NCBI GenBank assembly: GCA_041736175.1
Contig: JBGSUI010000240.1
Coordinates: 32,001 to 96,000, forward strand
Length of the DNA stretch: 64,000 nucleotides
Origin: Oligoflexales bacterium
GTDB lineage: Bacteria > Bdellovibrionota_B > Oligoflexia > Oligoflexales > CAIYRB01
Direction: 5' to 3'
How positions within the stretch are numbered: position 1 is the stretch's first letter; each line of letters opens with the position of its first letter. Under the pieces are notes generated by a model that saw only the letters and a list, made by a program, of their open reading frames with translations, was not told the DNA's origin and did not search any database. Made by a program: the position numbers and the translations under genes. This document shows positions 1 through 10,319 of this stretch, one piece after another.

Positions 1-806
1 TGCCGCTGTGTTATTACGCCCTGGGAATGACCCACCACCATTTCTCCGTAGACTTTTGTTTCGGGGACAAATGCGACCTTTTCCCCTTGGATTCGCAGCC
101 GCCAGGCGAATTCTAAATCCTCTGTCAACCCATAGGCCTGCCAGGGAAAGCGGCGAAGCCCTTCCGCACTAAAGCACATCCCATTGCCCCGCAGTGCCGA
201 ACCAAGCCCCAATTCCTCCTGGCCATATAGCCATACTCCGTTAAAGAGAGAGAGGGCATACTTCATAAGTCCGGTACGCCAATGGTCTTGTGGATTTCGT
301 ACCGTATAAAAAGCTTGAAGCCATAAATAGCCTTTTTCTAGATACCGATTAAACACAAAAAGTAGATTTGGATCCACCTCAGTATCAGCGTCGACGATCA
401 CATAACCTTCCACGGACCCAAGCTCTAGGGTATCTTTGATGTCAAAGAAATACTCCAAAGCATAGCCTTTGCTCTTTTTGCTGTCATGAAACCGTTCGAC
501 TACAAGAGCGCCTTTGGACCTAGAAACGGTCGCTGTTTGATCCGTGCAATTGTCAGCTATAACGACTATCCTAAAAAGCTCCTGTGGGTAGTCCAACTTC
601 CTAAGGCTTTCAAGAGTCCTTGCGATGGAGTCCTGTTCATTGTGTGCTGGGATGGCGACGCAAAACCTACTTTTTCTCTTAGATTCTTCATTCATCAACT
701 GTCGGACACTAAACAATGAAGCCAATCCAATTAATAGGACCAGCATCACAAAGGGTAATAGAGCAATCATCAAGACGATGGCTACAATGCTATAAAAGTA
801 ATCCAA
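1..806 (-). CDS. GT2 glycosyltransferase (cellulose-synthase-like), runs off the left window edge
   Basis: Not in the ORF track; translated by hand. TTG start at 806 behind AAGGAG, N-terminal TM helix, motifs IPAHNE, ADNCTD, SKGYAL, VDAD, GNGMCF, LTEDLE and the start of QRxRW (ITQR) at the edge. Confidence 0.9.
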   Translation of the reverse strand, partial: MDYFYSIVAIVLMIALLPFVMLVLLIGLASLFSVRQLMNEESKRKSRFCVAIPAHNEQDSIARTLESLRKLDYPQELFRIVVIADNCTDQTATVSRSKGALVVERFHDSKKSKGYALEYFFDIKDTLELGSVEGYVIVDADTEVDPNLLFVFNRYLEKGYLWLQAFYTVRNPQDHWRTGLMKYALSLFNGVWLYGQEELGLGSALRGNGMCFSAEGLRRFPWQAYGLTEDLEFAWRLRIQGEKVAFVPETKVYGEMVVGHSQGVITQR

Positions 807-838
807 GCCTATGCTCCTTTTATTTCCATTTTTTACAC

Positions 839-1024
839 CTAGCGACGTGGGTCAAATTGATCTATAAAACCAAAGACAATGATGGACATCAAAAGATAGA
901 AGCAAAAGAGAACAAGAAAAATCACTTTATAATTTTTATAGTTGACCCCAATCTTAAATCTGCCCAGAACAATTCCAGGAATCATAAAACTCATCAAGAT
1001 GCTCAGTCCAAGGAGTTTACCCAT
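839..1024 (-). CDS. small two-TM membrane protein in the EPS locus
   Basis: 61-aa hydrophobic ORF that overlaps the wzy stop and is co-oriented with the operon. Confidence 0.55.
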   Translation of the reverse strand: MGKLLGLSILMSFMIPGIVLGRFKIGVNYKNYKVIFLVLFCFYLLMSIIVFGFIDQFDPRR

Positions 1025-2474
1025 AGGTGTTTTCTGAAGCCTCCTGTCTTGATAACCTCAATCTGAGGCCGATGCTCACTCCAGTAAAAACCATTGCCAC
1101 CGTCGATGACCGTATTTCGATTAGGCCCAAATCGGCAAAACAATAAAGCAACCACTGGATCGTCCCAGCAATAGCTACCAGTCCAAACAGCTCGGCCTGC
1201 CGGTCGTGGCTAAATTTTGTGAGATAAATATTGGACATAAATCCCATCGCCACAATCGAAGATAGCGCCGCCATAGCTAAAGGCCCCCCATAGGCCCACA
1301 AAGCCAGCATGGTATTATGGGGGATCAAGTCAAAAAGAGCGTAGATCTCACTGATATCGGGCATGGGCGCTACCATTTCAAAGCGTTGCCCAAAGCCAAA
1401 TCCTAACAGGGGACTTTGAGCCAGCATGGCCAAAATATTAAAGTTTTCCAAATCCCGATAGTCAATGGGATTTTGATCCTGATTTTTGATCCAATGATTG
1501 ATAAAAAAGATAAGGTAGAGCGGGAGCCCGTATTTTAGGAGACCAAAGAGTCTTCGGAGTTGCTGCTTTTTTAAAACCACTAGCATAAACATAAAAGTAA
1601 ATCCGATTCCAAGAAAAGATGTTCGTCGATCATTTAGGATATAGGGGTAAGCCATCAATGCGATCAGGAGGGTTCCAATGATTTTCATTTTGAGTTCGCG
1701 ATTCCACAGAAAGGACCTGGCAAAAATATAAATCATCGCGATGCTCCAGAACATCGATGCATGGTGATCCACCAGATATTCAGCGTCCGTAAATTGCCTT
1801 AATTCAGTCCAGTATACGTAAATTGCGATCAACGACTTTAAAATCATCGCAATAGTTAAGGAGTTTAGCAGTGCAATAGCCTGGTCTACCTGGTAAATAC
1901 TCCAAAATCCAATCATAAACCAAAAGTATAAATAGAATAAAAATCTCACTTGTATAAATACCAGGTAGGGCTGATGGCCTTTAGCAAGGCCCCAAACCAC
2001 ACCGATCAAAATACTAACTAGGAGCATTAGACTAGATCTAACAACCAGCGTTTTGTCACCTGGCAATAACCCCAGCTTTGTAAATTGGGGTACGTAGAGG
2101 ACCATGACCAATAAAAACAGACTGAAGGTGATCAGATCGAAGGGAAGTATTGAGAGTCCCGGAATCCCCAGGGTATTGCCAAGAGAATTAAACAGTAGCA
2201 CACCACCTAAAAGCTCCGAAAAGGGATCCACATGGTAGTAGGCTGGTGCAGCTGGTACATCTAATAAAAGCATCAAAAAGAAAAATCCAGTCACGATTTG
2301 ATGCAGGGGTAAAGACACCACACGCGGACCAACTATTGAGGCCGCTAAAAAACCTAGCAGGCCAAGTGGCACTGCTATATTCCCAGTGGATAGGGTAATG
2401 ACCGCAAAACTCCCTAATGCTAGGATCATCATGAGACCAGCCAGCTTTAGGGACGAATCATCACGACTGATCAT
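1017..2474 (-). CDS. wzy: Wzy polymerase / O-antigen ligase family protein
   Basis: Many TM helices; NDRRTS, PLLGFGFG and IPHNTML motifs of the Wzy_C domain; coupled to a wzc-like gene. Confidence 0.75.
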   Translation of the reverse strand: MISRDDSSLKLAGLMMILALGSFAVITLSTGNIAVPLGLLGFLAASIVGPRVVSLPLHQIVTGFFFLMLLLDVPAAPAYYHVDPFSELLGGVLLFNSLGNTLGIPGLSILPFDLITFSLFLLVMVLYVPQFTKLGLLPGDKTLVVRSSLMLLVSILIGVVWGLAKGHQPYLVFIQVRFLFYLYFWFMIGFWSIYQVDQAIALLNSLTIAMILKSLIAIYVYWTELRQFTDAEYLVDHHASMFWSIAMIYIFARSFLWNRELKMKIIGTLLIALMAYPYILNDRRTSFLGIGFTFMFMLVVLKKQQLRRLFGLLKYGLPLYLIFFINHWIKNQDQNPIDYRDLENFNILAMLAQSPLLGFGFGQRFEMVAPMPDISEIYALFDLIPHNTMLALWAYGGPLAMAALSSIVAMGFMSNIYLTKFSHDRQAELFGLVAIAGTIQWLLYCFADLGLIEIRSSTVAMVFTGVSIGLRLRLSRQEASENTYG

Positions 2475-4513
2475 GCTGCAGATTCCAGCATGGCGATGCC
2501 GCGTATATTAGCTTGTTCTAGATCGATCATAAGCCGCTTCAATACGGCATATTGGGTCGTTTCACAATCCAAAAAGACGATAGTATCAGTGACATACTTT
2601 TGTAGTTTACGGTTTTCTACAGAAAATGACGCCGGAAACCCCAGTACAAAAATCCATTCATAGGTTTTGCGATAAAGATCAAATATGTTTGAATCCGAGC
2701 TTTGTCCCAAAAAATCAAATCCAGCTTCAGACTCATGGACTGGAATGTAGTCAAAATGATTGTTCAGCTTGTTGCCGCTAATCGCAGCAAGATGAGGATA
2801 AAAATGGTTATCATGACTTCCCACAGCCCTGCTACCTGACTTGATACTTTCTCGGGAGAGATTCTTGGTACTCTCTAAGGAGATAAGCGGTGATACAAAA
2901 TTAAAATCGATAACCATGGCTGACTGAGTCTGATCTTTGGCAAAGATATTCAGAAAATTCTTTAGGTGATGGCTACAAAGACTTACATCGGTCATTTGAG
3001 TCAAAAGGATGGTTTTACCAACACAATTTTCAATCAGTGAGATTTCAAAGGCTCTGTTTTCTAAAATCCCTTTAATATAACCCTTTTTCACAATCTTGGG
3101 GGAGACTTTGCCACGAACCCATTGTTTAAGAATCTCTTTTTCACCCTTTACATCGTCGATAAGAACACGGGGAAGTTTAGCAATAATTTCTTTACCCGAT
3201 ATTTTGCGGATACGCCAGGCGTCTTGAGCTTTCTCACTAAAAAATTCCATGATCAACAGACCCAAAAACAATATAAACATTCCTACCAATCCGATTCCAA
3301 CACTGACTTTAGCTTTGGCATTTATATACGGCTTTATATTTAGTGCAGGCGGCTTAATAGTCCTAAATATTGTGCTTTGTTCAGGATTCATGAGATCCTT
3401 AATAATTTTTTCCTTCTCAATCTCAATATCGTTAAGCCCATTGGTAAGTAAGTTGAGGTTAAATGCAGCGTCACCAAGTCCAGATTCTACAAGCGAATCT
3501 TTGGCATTTGATTTACGCCGCACGTCTCTTAAGCGATTTTTGAGGTCGTCTCTTAGCTTTTCTTTAGTCGATACAATGTCATCGGGACTAACCGCCATGA
3601 TTTCTTTTCTCTTTGCCACAAGTGTTGGGTGGTCGGGCTGAAGCATCGTGCTGAGACGTTTGTATTCGGCTTCGAGGGAAAGGCGACTTCGGGTTTTTTC
3701 AAGATTGAGACTATTTATCTCACCGGTTAATTCTCGCACTCTCTCGGTCAGTTCTAATTCGCTTTCTCGACGAGATGACAGCTCCTCTTCTTCTCTGCTG
3801 AGTGTCGACTTTAGACCTTCCTTGACCTGAGAGTAGTTTGATTTTGCAAGAGCCATATTAGACTTTAATGATTGCGACTTTCTCTCCAGGTAGGCAACTT
3901 CTGATTCTAATTCAGTCACGATAAAATGATTCATGATCAACTGGGTGATTCTTTGTGCTTTATCAGGAGAATCAAAAAAAGCTTCGATCGTCAAAACCCC
4001 TGTCTCAGAAGCGTAGGCTACAAAGGCTTGACTTAGACTATCTATTGCTCGGAATTTATTACCATATTTTTCGTTTTCGGCATCAAACTCACCGCCCTGG
4101 AGTTTGATTAGAAAGATCTTGATTTGCTTTTTTGCCAGAGCAACTAAGGACTCCAACTCTAAACTGTTATCTTTTATGATCCCCTCACGGAGCATACGCT
4201 CATAAACCTCTCCCAAAAACTTTTGGGATTTAGTCATCATACTAAAGGAATCGATATGCTCACGGACATTAATAGGTTCCAGGACTCGGGAGACTACAGT
4301 CCTATTGTCTGCCTTTATCACTACTGAGGTGTCTGAGGAATATTTATTCTTCACTTTATAGTACCCCACAAAGGCACTAGCAATCGTGATGACGAGCATC
4401 GATATAATAAAATAGCGATGTCTCTTGAAAAGGCTTAAAAAATACACACCATCGGGGAGCGCCGTTCGGAGCCACTCCACCAGCTGATCCTCGGGAATCT
4501 TACTTTGACTCAT
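2471..4513 (-). CDS. Wzc/GumC-like polysaccharide co-polymerase with degenerate cytoplasmic kinase domain
   Basis: TM - coiled coil (contains PDHPTL) - TM - C-terminal BY-kinase-like region. No intact Walker A and no Tyr cluster. Confidence 0.75.
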   Translation of the reverse strand: MSQSKIPEDQLVEWLRTALPDGVYFLSLFKRHRYFIISMLVITIASAFVGYYKVKNKYSSDTSVVIKADNRTVVSRVLEPINVREHIDSFSMMTKSQKFLGEVYERMLREGIIKDNSLELESLVALAKKQIKIFLIKLQGGEFDAENEKYGNKFRAIDSLSQAFVAYASETGVLTIEAFFDSPDKAQRITQLIMNHFIVTELESEVAYLERKSQSLKSNMALAKSNYSQVKEGLKSTLSREEEELSSRRESELELTERVRELTGEINSLNLEKTRSRLSLEAEYKRLSTMLQPDHPTLVAKRKEIMAVSPDDIVSTKEKLRDDLKNRLRDVRRKSNAKDSLVESGLGDAAFNLNLLTNGLNDIEIEKEKIIKDLMNPEQSTIFRTIKPPALNIKPYINAKAKVSVGIGLVGMFILFLGLLIMEFFSEKAQDAWRIRKISGKEIIAKLPRVLIDDVKGEKEILKQWVRGKVSPKIVKKGYIKGILENRAFEISLIENCVGKTILLTQMTDVSLCSHHLKNFLNIFAKDQTQSAMVIDFNFVSPLISLESTKNLSRESIKSGSRAVGSHDNHFYPHLAAISGNKLNNHFDYIPVHESEAGFDFLGQSSDSNIFDLYRKTYEWIFVLGFPASFSVENRKLQKYVTDTIVFLDCETTQYAVLKRLMIDLEQANIRGIAMLESAA

Positions 4514-4657
4514 AGCAAAGTTCTCGCAAATTGTGTCTATAGGGTTCGTGGGTCACATGGCAGGGGGGGTTCAAAACAAGGAAATGTAGGGTACAATAAA
4601 GTGCAGTCAGGAAACGGCGCCTCCTCTTCAGTGTACACGACCCTCGAAAGATTGGCC

Positions 4658-5959
4658 ATGGACGACACAGCAACCCCTCACAAAAAACTGCGCGTCCTTA
4701 TGATCGCAGAACTAGCAAACCCCGATTGGGTGAGTGTCCCACTCGTCGGCTGGAATATCGCTCGGCACGTGGGCGAAATCTGCGATGTACACCTGGTAAC
4801 GAGTAGCAGAAACCAAGAAAATATAGATAGGAATGGATTTTTTAAGAAAAATGTCACCTATATAGACCAAACAAAAACCATTAATTTTTTGGTAAGTTGC
4901 GCCCGTTTCGTACTCCTTGGAAAAGCGGTAGACTATACGACCTTCCAAGCTCTCACTTTTATTTTCTATCCTCTTTTCGAAATTAAAACATGGTTTCTTT
5001 TTCGCAAAAAAATCAAAAATAATGAATTTGATCTCGTGCATCGTGCAACACCTTTAAGTCCCGTAATCCCTAGTCTGTTAGCCTCCCTTTGTAAAAGTCA
5101 TAAGACCCCCTTTATCATCGGGCCGCTCAACGGGGGGCTCAAATGGCCGGAAGAATTCGCTTACCTTCAGTCTAAAGACCGGGATTACCTAAGCAGATTT
5201 CGTCAAATTGTTCGCTGCCTGCCTTTTTACAAAAGCACACGCAGAGATAGCTCGGCTATCATCGTGGGGTCCAATGCCACCCTCTCCGAACTCACGCCGA
5301 CCTACCTTCACAAGTGTCATTACCTCCCTGAAAACGGCATGACCGCCCAAGAGATCCCCCGTGACAACCAAAAAGTCTGGGATCTCCCCCTTAAGGTACT
5401 CTTTGTGGGTCGACTCGTCGCCCTCAAGGGTGTCGATATGGTCATCGAAGCGAGCGCACCTCTGCTTAGAGATCGTCAAATCACCCTTCAGATCATAGGC
5501 GATGGACCAGAATTACAAAATCTTCGGAACCTGGCCCAAAGCCTTGGCATCGGAGATAAGGTGGATTTTAAAGGTTGGATTGATCGAAAGATCATCGGGG
5601 ATTTTTATAAAATGAGTCACATCTTTGCCTTTGCCTCTATAAAAGAGTTCGGTGGCGGCGCCCTTATCGAAGCTATGTCTTTCGGACTGATTCCCATTGT
5701 CGCCGACTATGGCGGACCATCTGAAATCGTTACCAGTGACTGTGGATTTAAAGTTACTATGCAAAACAGAGATTTGATGATCCAGAAAATCACCTCACAC
5801 CTTAGAGAGCTTGCCAGCAACCACACCTTGGCGAAAACCCTTAGTCAACACTCACGCCAAAGGATCGTAGACGAATACCTTTGGCCCCAAAAAGCCCAAA
5901 AAATATTGGCCGTTTACTCTAAAGTACATCTCGATAAGCTATCAACCTATGGACGATAA
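4658..5959 (+). CDS. GT4 glycosyltransferase
   Basis: RVLMIAELANPDWVSVPLVG, LFVGRLVALKG and EFGGGALIEAM motifs. ATG at 4658 preferred to the track's TTG at 4505, which overlaps the divergent wzc start. Confidence 0.9.
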   Translation: MDDTATPHKKLRVLMIAELANPDWVSVPLVGWNIARHVGEICDVHLVTSSRNQENIDRNGFFKKNVTYIDQTKTINFLVSCARFVLLGKAVDYTTFQALTFIFYPLFEIKTWFLFRKKIKNNEFDLVHRATPLSPVIPSLLASLCKSHKTPFIIGPLNGGLKWPEEFAYLQSKDRDYLSRFRQIVRCLPFYKSTRRDSSAIIVGSNATLSELTPTYLHKCHYLPENGMTAQEIPRDNQKVWDLPLKVLFVGRLVALKGVDMVIEASAPLLRDRQITLQIIGDGPELQNLRNLAQSLGIGDKVDFKGWIDRKIIGDFYKMSHIFAFASIKEFGGGALIEAMSFGLIPIVADYGGPSEIVTSDCGFKVTMQNRDLMIQKITSHLRELASNHTLAKTLSQHSRQRIVDEYLWPQKAQKILAVYSKVHLDKLSTYGR

Positions 5960-7424
5960 AACTCCTGTCCTGCATCGCAAGATCTTGGACAATTTTTTCC
6001 GCTTTGCTATGAGCACTGGAACGACGATGGTTCTGTCTCTAGCACTCAAACTTTACCTCCCAAGGGTTTTAGGACCCGAGAAACTTGGTGCTTTTTATTT
6101 TACTGAGTCTTTCTCAATGCTGTTTTTTATCTTTCTTTCCTTTGGAACTCAGTCTTACATCGCCAGAACCGTACCTCCCAATAACCATCACGCTAAAGAG
6201 ATTTTTTCGACTCTATTTGTATCCCAAGTCCTATTTTCCTTGCTCTTAGAAGCGTGCCTTTATGTGGGGCTTAAGATTTTAGACTCTGACCAAGAAACCA
6301 CCAATGCTGCCTTGGTGATGGGTATCCAGTATGCCGTCATGATGCTGCAGACTAATCTCTTTAAATGTATGTTTATATCCCTTGAGCGATACAAGCTCGT
6401 CATTCGCATTAATATCTTAACTAAAGTGGTCCTCGTATCGTCATCGTTAGCTGTTTTGCATTTTAAACCTGAAATCATCTACTTATCTGTTTGCTTTTTG
6501 ATCGCTGAGCTCACAGGCTTGACCATTCTTCTGTCCATCGCCTATCGAGAAAACCTCCTCTGCAAAAATCTTAATTTCCCACTGTTGAAAGGGATTTTGA
6601 GGTTAAGCATGCCCTTTTTTATCACTGGAATTTTTGGAGATATTTACAATTCCATCGATTCGAGCATGCTTACTATCCTGACGGGTCCTAAAGAAGCCGG
6701 GTATTATGGAGCTGCCTTTCGATTGATCGGGGTCTGCTTAGTGTTTGTTCCCATCATTGATTCAGCAATCATGCCGACACTCTCAAAATCCTTCAAAGAG
6801 AGCATTCCAGAATATACCCTTCTTTTGCGCAATATAATGGACTTTTTACTACTCGTATCTTTTCCTATCGCTTTAGCCATCGTTTTGTTTGGCCAAGAAA
6901 TAACACTGATTTTATTTGGACCTGGGTTTGAAAAGTCCTACCGGATTATGGTGTTTCTCGCGCCGATTTTGCTGGTGATCTATCTGAACGTCTTTCTTGC
7001 TGTTGGATTAAAGCTGTCGACAAATGGATATAAAATGGCTTTGGTGCTCTGTTTCACAACCTTGATCAATATTATCATAAAGAGGTTTATGATCCCCTTC
7101 GGGGCTAGCCAGTGGGGCGAAGGCGGCGCAGGAATGGCGGCGGCAATCAGCACTTTTGGAGCCGAAATGCTGATCTTTAGCCTGCTTCTTATGATCACAC
7201 CGCACCGCTCTTTTGATTGGCGATCAGCGAAAAACTGTTTGTTGTCCATTGCTCCCGTATTTATTGCCGCTGTCTTTTATGAATCCATAGCAGAAACCCC
7301 AGTCTATCTTAAGATCATTGGTTTTATCATAGGAACACCTTTATACGCCTTGGCCATTGGACTACTTAGTATCAAAAATATACTACAAATCCTACAACTC
7401 AGAAATATTCAAAAGTCGCCTTAA
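5949..7424 (+). CDS. wzx: Wzx flippase (MOP family)
   Basis: About 12-14 TM helices; RVLGPEKLG and AGYYGAAFRL motifs. Confidence 0.85.
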   Translation: MDDKTPVLHRKILDNFFRFAMSTGTTMVLSLALKLYLPRVLGPEKLGAFYFTESFSMLFFIFLSFGTQSYIARTVPPNNHHAKEIFSTLFVSQVLFSLLLEACLYVGLKILDSDQETTNAALVMGIQYAVMMLQTNLFKCMFISLERYKLVIRINILTKVVLVSSSLAVLHFKPEIIYLSVCFLIAELTGLTILLSIAYRENLLCKNLNFPLLKGILRLSMPFFITGIFGDIYNSIDSSMLTILTGPKEAGYYGAAFRLIGVCLVFVPIIDSAIMPTLSKSFKESIPEYTLLLRNIMDFLLLVSFPIALAIVLFGQEITLILFGPGFEKSYRIMVFLAPILLVIYLNVFLAVGLKLSTNGYKMALVLCFTTLINIIIKRFMIPFGASQWGEGGAGMAAAISTFGAEMLIFSLLLMITPHRSFDWRSAKNCLLSIAPVFIAAVFYESIAETPVYLKIIGFIIGTPLYALAIGLLSIKNILQILQLRNIQKSP

Positions 7425-7457
7425 ATCGCCCACTCTCTATGGATAGGTGCCGGTCCT

Positions 7458-9254
7458 ATGAAATTAAGAACCACACAGTTTCTTTCCACAAACGGGAAAA
7501 TGATCCTTTCATGGGTGATCGCTGTGAGCGGGGCGCTGCCTGAAAAGCTGTCCGCGGCAAGCCCTGTCTATTCCATATCAAAACTGGGGATTAAAAAGCT
7601 AGAAAGTCCCACAGATGACCCGCGAGGCCCTATTAAATTAACTGTGGACACCTCCCATACCGGACAGATTTCACCCTATATCTACGGATTCGGTGCGGTT
7701 TCGGGCGCCTCTGAGCTTTGGAGCGCGGACAACCAATTCAGTCTGTTTAGACTCGGTGGCAATCGATTTACCGGCTACAATTGGGAAAATAATATGTCCC
7801 ATGCGGGCAGCGACTGGCGTTACCAAAACGACCTATACCTATGCTCTAATCTTAACCCCATCGTCACGATGAAAGATTGCTCTAACCCTGGTGGCGTCGT
7901 CAGCGGATTTGCTAAGCAGGTCTTTGGGGTCAACGGGAGTGGACCAACGGCAAGTATCTTGGTCACCATCCCCATCATCGGTTACGTCGCCTATAAAGCC
8001 ACAGATGGAGATGTTTGCGCACCAGCCAACCAGCTCAAAGACGGTAACTGTAAAAATCGCGATTATCTTAAGACTCATTTTAGAATATCCCGAACCAAAA
8101 CTGCTGAAAAACCGACAACTAATCCAAATTTATCAGACGAGTATGTTAATCAAAATGAGTTTATAAAGTGGATCTTTGAGAGCTTCCCCGATAAGAAGCG
8201 GGGAGACTCACAGATTTTCTTTTCGCTCGATAATGAAGTCGCCCTTTGGGGAACTACCCATAATCGAATCCGACCGGGGGGTGATTTTTGCCAACACAAC
8301 CCCTCTTACTCCGAAATCCTCAAGCGCAATATCGACTACGGGTCTATGGTCAAAGAAATCCGGCAAGATGCACTGGTTTTTGGGCCCGTGGATTACGGTT
8401 GGTACTCGATGACAAGTCTTCAGGGCTTTGGTCACTGTGACGGTAACGGGAACGTCAATTTTTACGAATTCTATCTCAAAGGCCTCAAAAAAGCCGAGGA
8501 CGAAGCTAAGACTAAAGGTCCCATTGTCGACATCCTAGATTTCCATTGGTACTCTGAAGTCGAACCCAAACAGGGTGTTCGGATCACCCATAAGGATGCC
8601 CCAGATAGTCTCGAATACCATCAGGCCCGCATCGATGCTACTCGGACTCTTTGGGACCCAACCTTTGTGGAAGACACTTGGATTGCAAAAAAAGACCTGG
8701 GTGGCAAGGCAATCCGTCTGATACCACGGATGCGGGAAACCATCGAAAAATGGAACCCTGGGATGGGCCTTGCTATCACCGAATACAACTATGGAGGTGA
8801 AAATCAAATCAGCGGAGCTATTGCCCAAGCAGATATTTTAGGGATTTTTGGGCGCGAAGGAGTCTTTGCGGCATCCTACTGGCCACTCTCATCTAATTCC
8901 TCTTATATTTATGGTGCATTTAGGATGTTTAGAAATTTTGATGGCAAACGCAGTCGCTTTGGCGATACTGGATTAGCTTCTGCGACTTCAAGCCCAACCC
9001 GTACTTCCATCTACGCCAGTATCGATCCTATAAATCCTAAAAATCTGGTCTTAGTGGTCCTTAATAAGACAAAAGACCCCTTAACTGTTGACCTCAGTAT
9101 GAAAGGAACGACCCAAACGTTTAAATCAGCAGAAATCTACAAATTAGATAAAAGCTCCCCGCTACCAGGACTTCTCAAAAAGACGCCCTTTTCAGACCTC
9201 AAAAATCTCTCTATTCCAGGATTCACCATCTACACAATCAGAATAACACCTTAG
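7458..9254 (+). CDS. secreted glycoside hydrolase family 44 (endoglucanase/xyloglucanase)
   Basis: RLGGNRFTGYNWENN-S-AGSDW, LDNE (acid/base), DILDFHWY and AITEYNYGG (nucleophile) motifs; signal-like N-terminus. Confidence 0.85.
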   Translation: MKLRTTQFLSTNGKMILSWVIAVSGALPEKLSAASPVYSISKLGIKKLESPTDDPRGPIKLTVDTSHTGQISPYIYGFGAVSGASELWSADNQFSLFRLGGNRFTGYNWENNMSHAGSDWRYQNDLYLCSNLNPIVTMKDCSNPGGVVSGFAKQVFGVNGSGPTASILVTIPIIGYVAYKATDGDVCAPANQLKDGNCKNRDYLKTHFRISRTKTAEKPTTNPNLSDEYVNQNEFIKWIFESFPDKKRGDSQIFFSLDNEVALWGTTHNRIRPGGDFCQHNPSYSEILKRNIDYGSMVKEIRQDALVFGPVDYGWYSMTSLQGFGHCDGNGNVNFYEFYLKGLKKAEDEAKTKGPIVDILDFHWYSEVEPKQGVRITHKDAPDSLEYHQARIDATRTLWDPTFVEDTWIAKKDLGGKAIRLIPRMRETIEKWNPGMGLAITEYNYGGENQISGAIAQADILGIFGREGVFAASYWPLSSNSSYIYGAFRMFRNFDGKRSRFGDTGLASATSSPTRTSIYASIDPINPKNLVLVVLNKTKDPLTVDLSMKGTTQTFKSAEIYKLDKSSPLPGLLKKTPFSDLKNLSIPGFTIYTIRITP

Positions 9255-10095
9255 GGTTTGTCAATGGATTTACTGCAGGCAAGATTACGACAAAACAAGT
9301 GCACTCCGAAGCGTGGTCTAAGCAGAGTTGGCCATGGAAATTTTCTACGATGCCCTTTGCTATCGATAAGCCAAGACCATACCCGTTGTGTTTTGTAGAT
9401 CTATAGGACCTTTTTCTGTCTGAGGCTTCCACCAAGGGCATACCAGGTCCATTGTCCATGACTTTGATCGTAACAACTTCGGTTTTCTGAACAGCGTGGA
9501 TCTTTATCCAAGGATTTTTCATACCGTGCACTGCGTCCAACGAGTTGTTCATTAGGTTTGTGACGACCTGTGACAGTTGCCCAACATCCCCCCATACTTT
9601 GGGGTTTTCCTTCAATTCGATTTCAAGCTCGACTCCTTGGCTTTTGACCCGCTCCTGCCAAAGGACCTTGGATTCTTCGATCACTGCGCACAGTGGCCCG
9701 ACGACGGCATTTTGTTCACCATGGGAAGAACGCACCAAGCCACCTAAAGTTCTTGTCAGGGTTTCAATACGCCGGGCCATGCGTATGATGGTATCTAAGT
9801 CCTGCCTGAGTTCTTGCTTACCATAGGTAGCCAGCCCCACCAACTCTAAGGCACAGGCCTGTTTATGGACCTGCTCACATTTTGTGAGAAGAACTGTCAA
9901 CGGCGACCTAATCTCGTGGGCCACCGAAGCGGTGATCTCTCCGAGCCAAATAGAGTCGGGAGAATGACGAGAATGAGGAGATTGACCGCCTTGGTTGGAG
10001 CGTGTGGAATTTCGTCTCCAGCGCCCTTTCAAGATTTTCCCTAAGGCCACCAAACCCTGCCACAATTTATCGATTCTATTTATTACGAAGGTCAC
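9238..10095 (-). CDS. orphan histidine kinase (HisKA + HATPase) without a sensor domain
   Basis: AHEIRSPL H-box, QVVTNLMNNSLDA N-box, DNGPG and GYGLGLSI. Confidence 0.8.
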   Translation of the reverse strand: MTFVINRIDKLWQGLVALGKILKGRWRRNSTRSNQGGQSPHSRHSPDSIWLGEITASVAHEIRSPLTVLLTKCEQVHKQACALELVGLATYGKQELRQDLDTIIRMARRIETLTRTLGGLVRSSHGEQNAVVGPLCAVIEESKVLWQERVKSQGVELEIELKENPKVWGDVGQLSQVVTNLMNNSLDAVHGMKNPWIKIHAVQKTEVVTIKVMDNGPGMPLVEASDRKRSYRSTKHNGYGLGLSIAKGIVENFHGQLCLDHASECTCFVVILPAVNPLTNPKVLF

Positions 10096-10319
10096 CTACT
10101 GAATCTCCATCCACCGATCCCAGTCTAGCGGCCGAGCCACACCATAAATCAATCAGCAATCCCTGGCAATGCGCTATAAAATTTTGAAAATTATTTTGGA
10201 CTTTACCAACGTCATTCTGTAGCCTTAACCTATACAGAAAGATCTCTCAAAAAAACCGGACACCTCTTCTGAGAGAGTTTGGGATTTTAAGATCCCGGTT
10301 CGGTTTTAATTCCTGCCAA

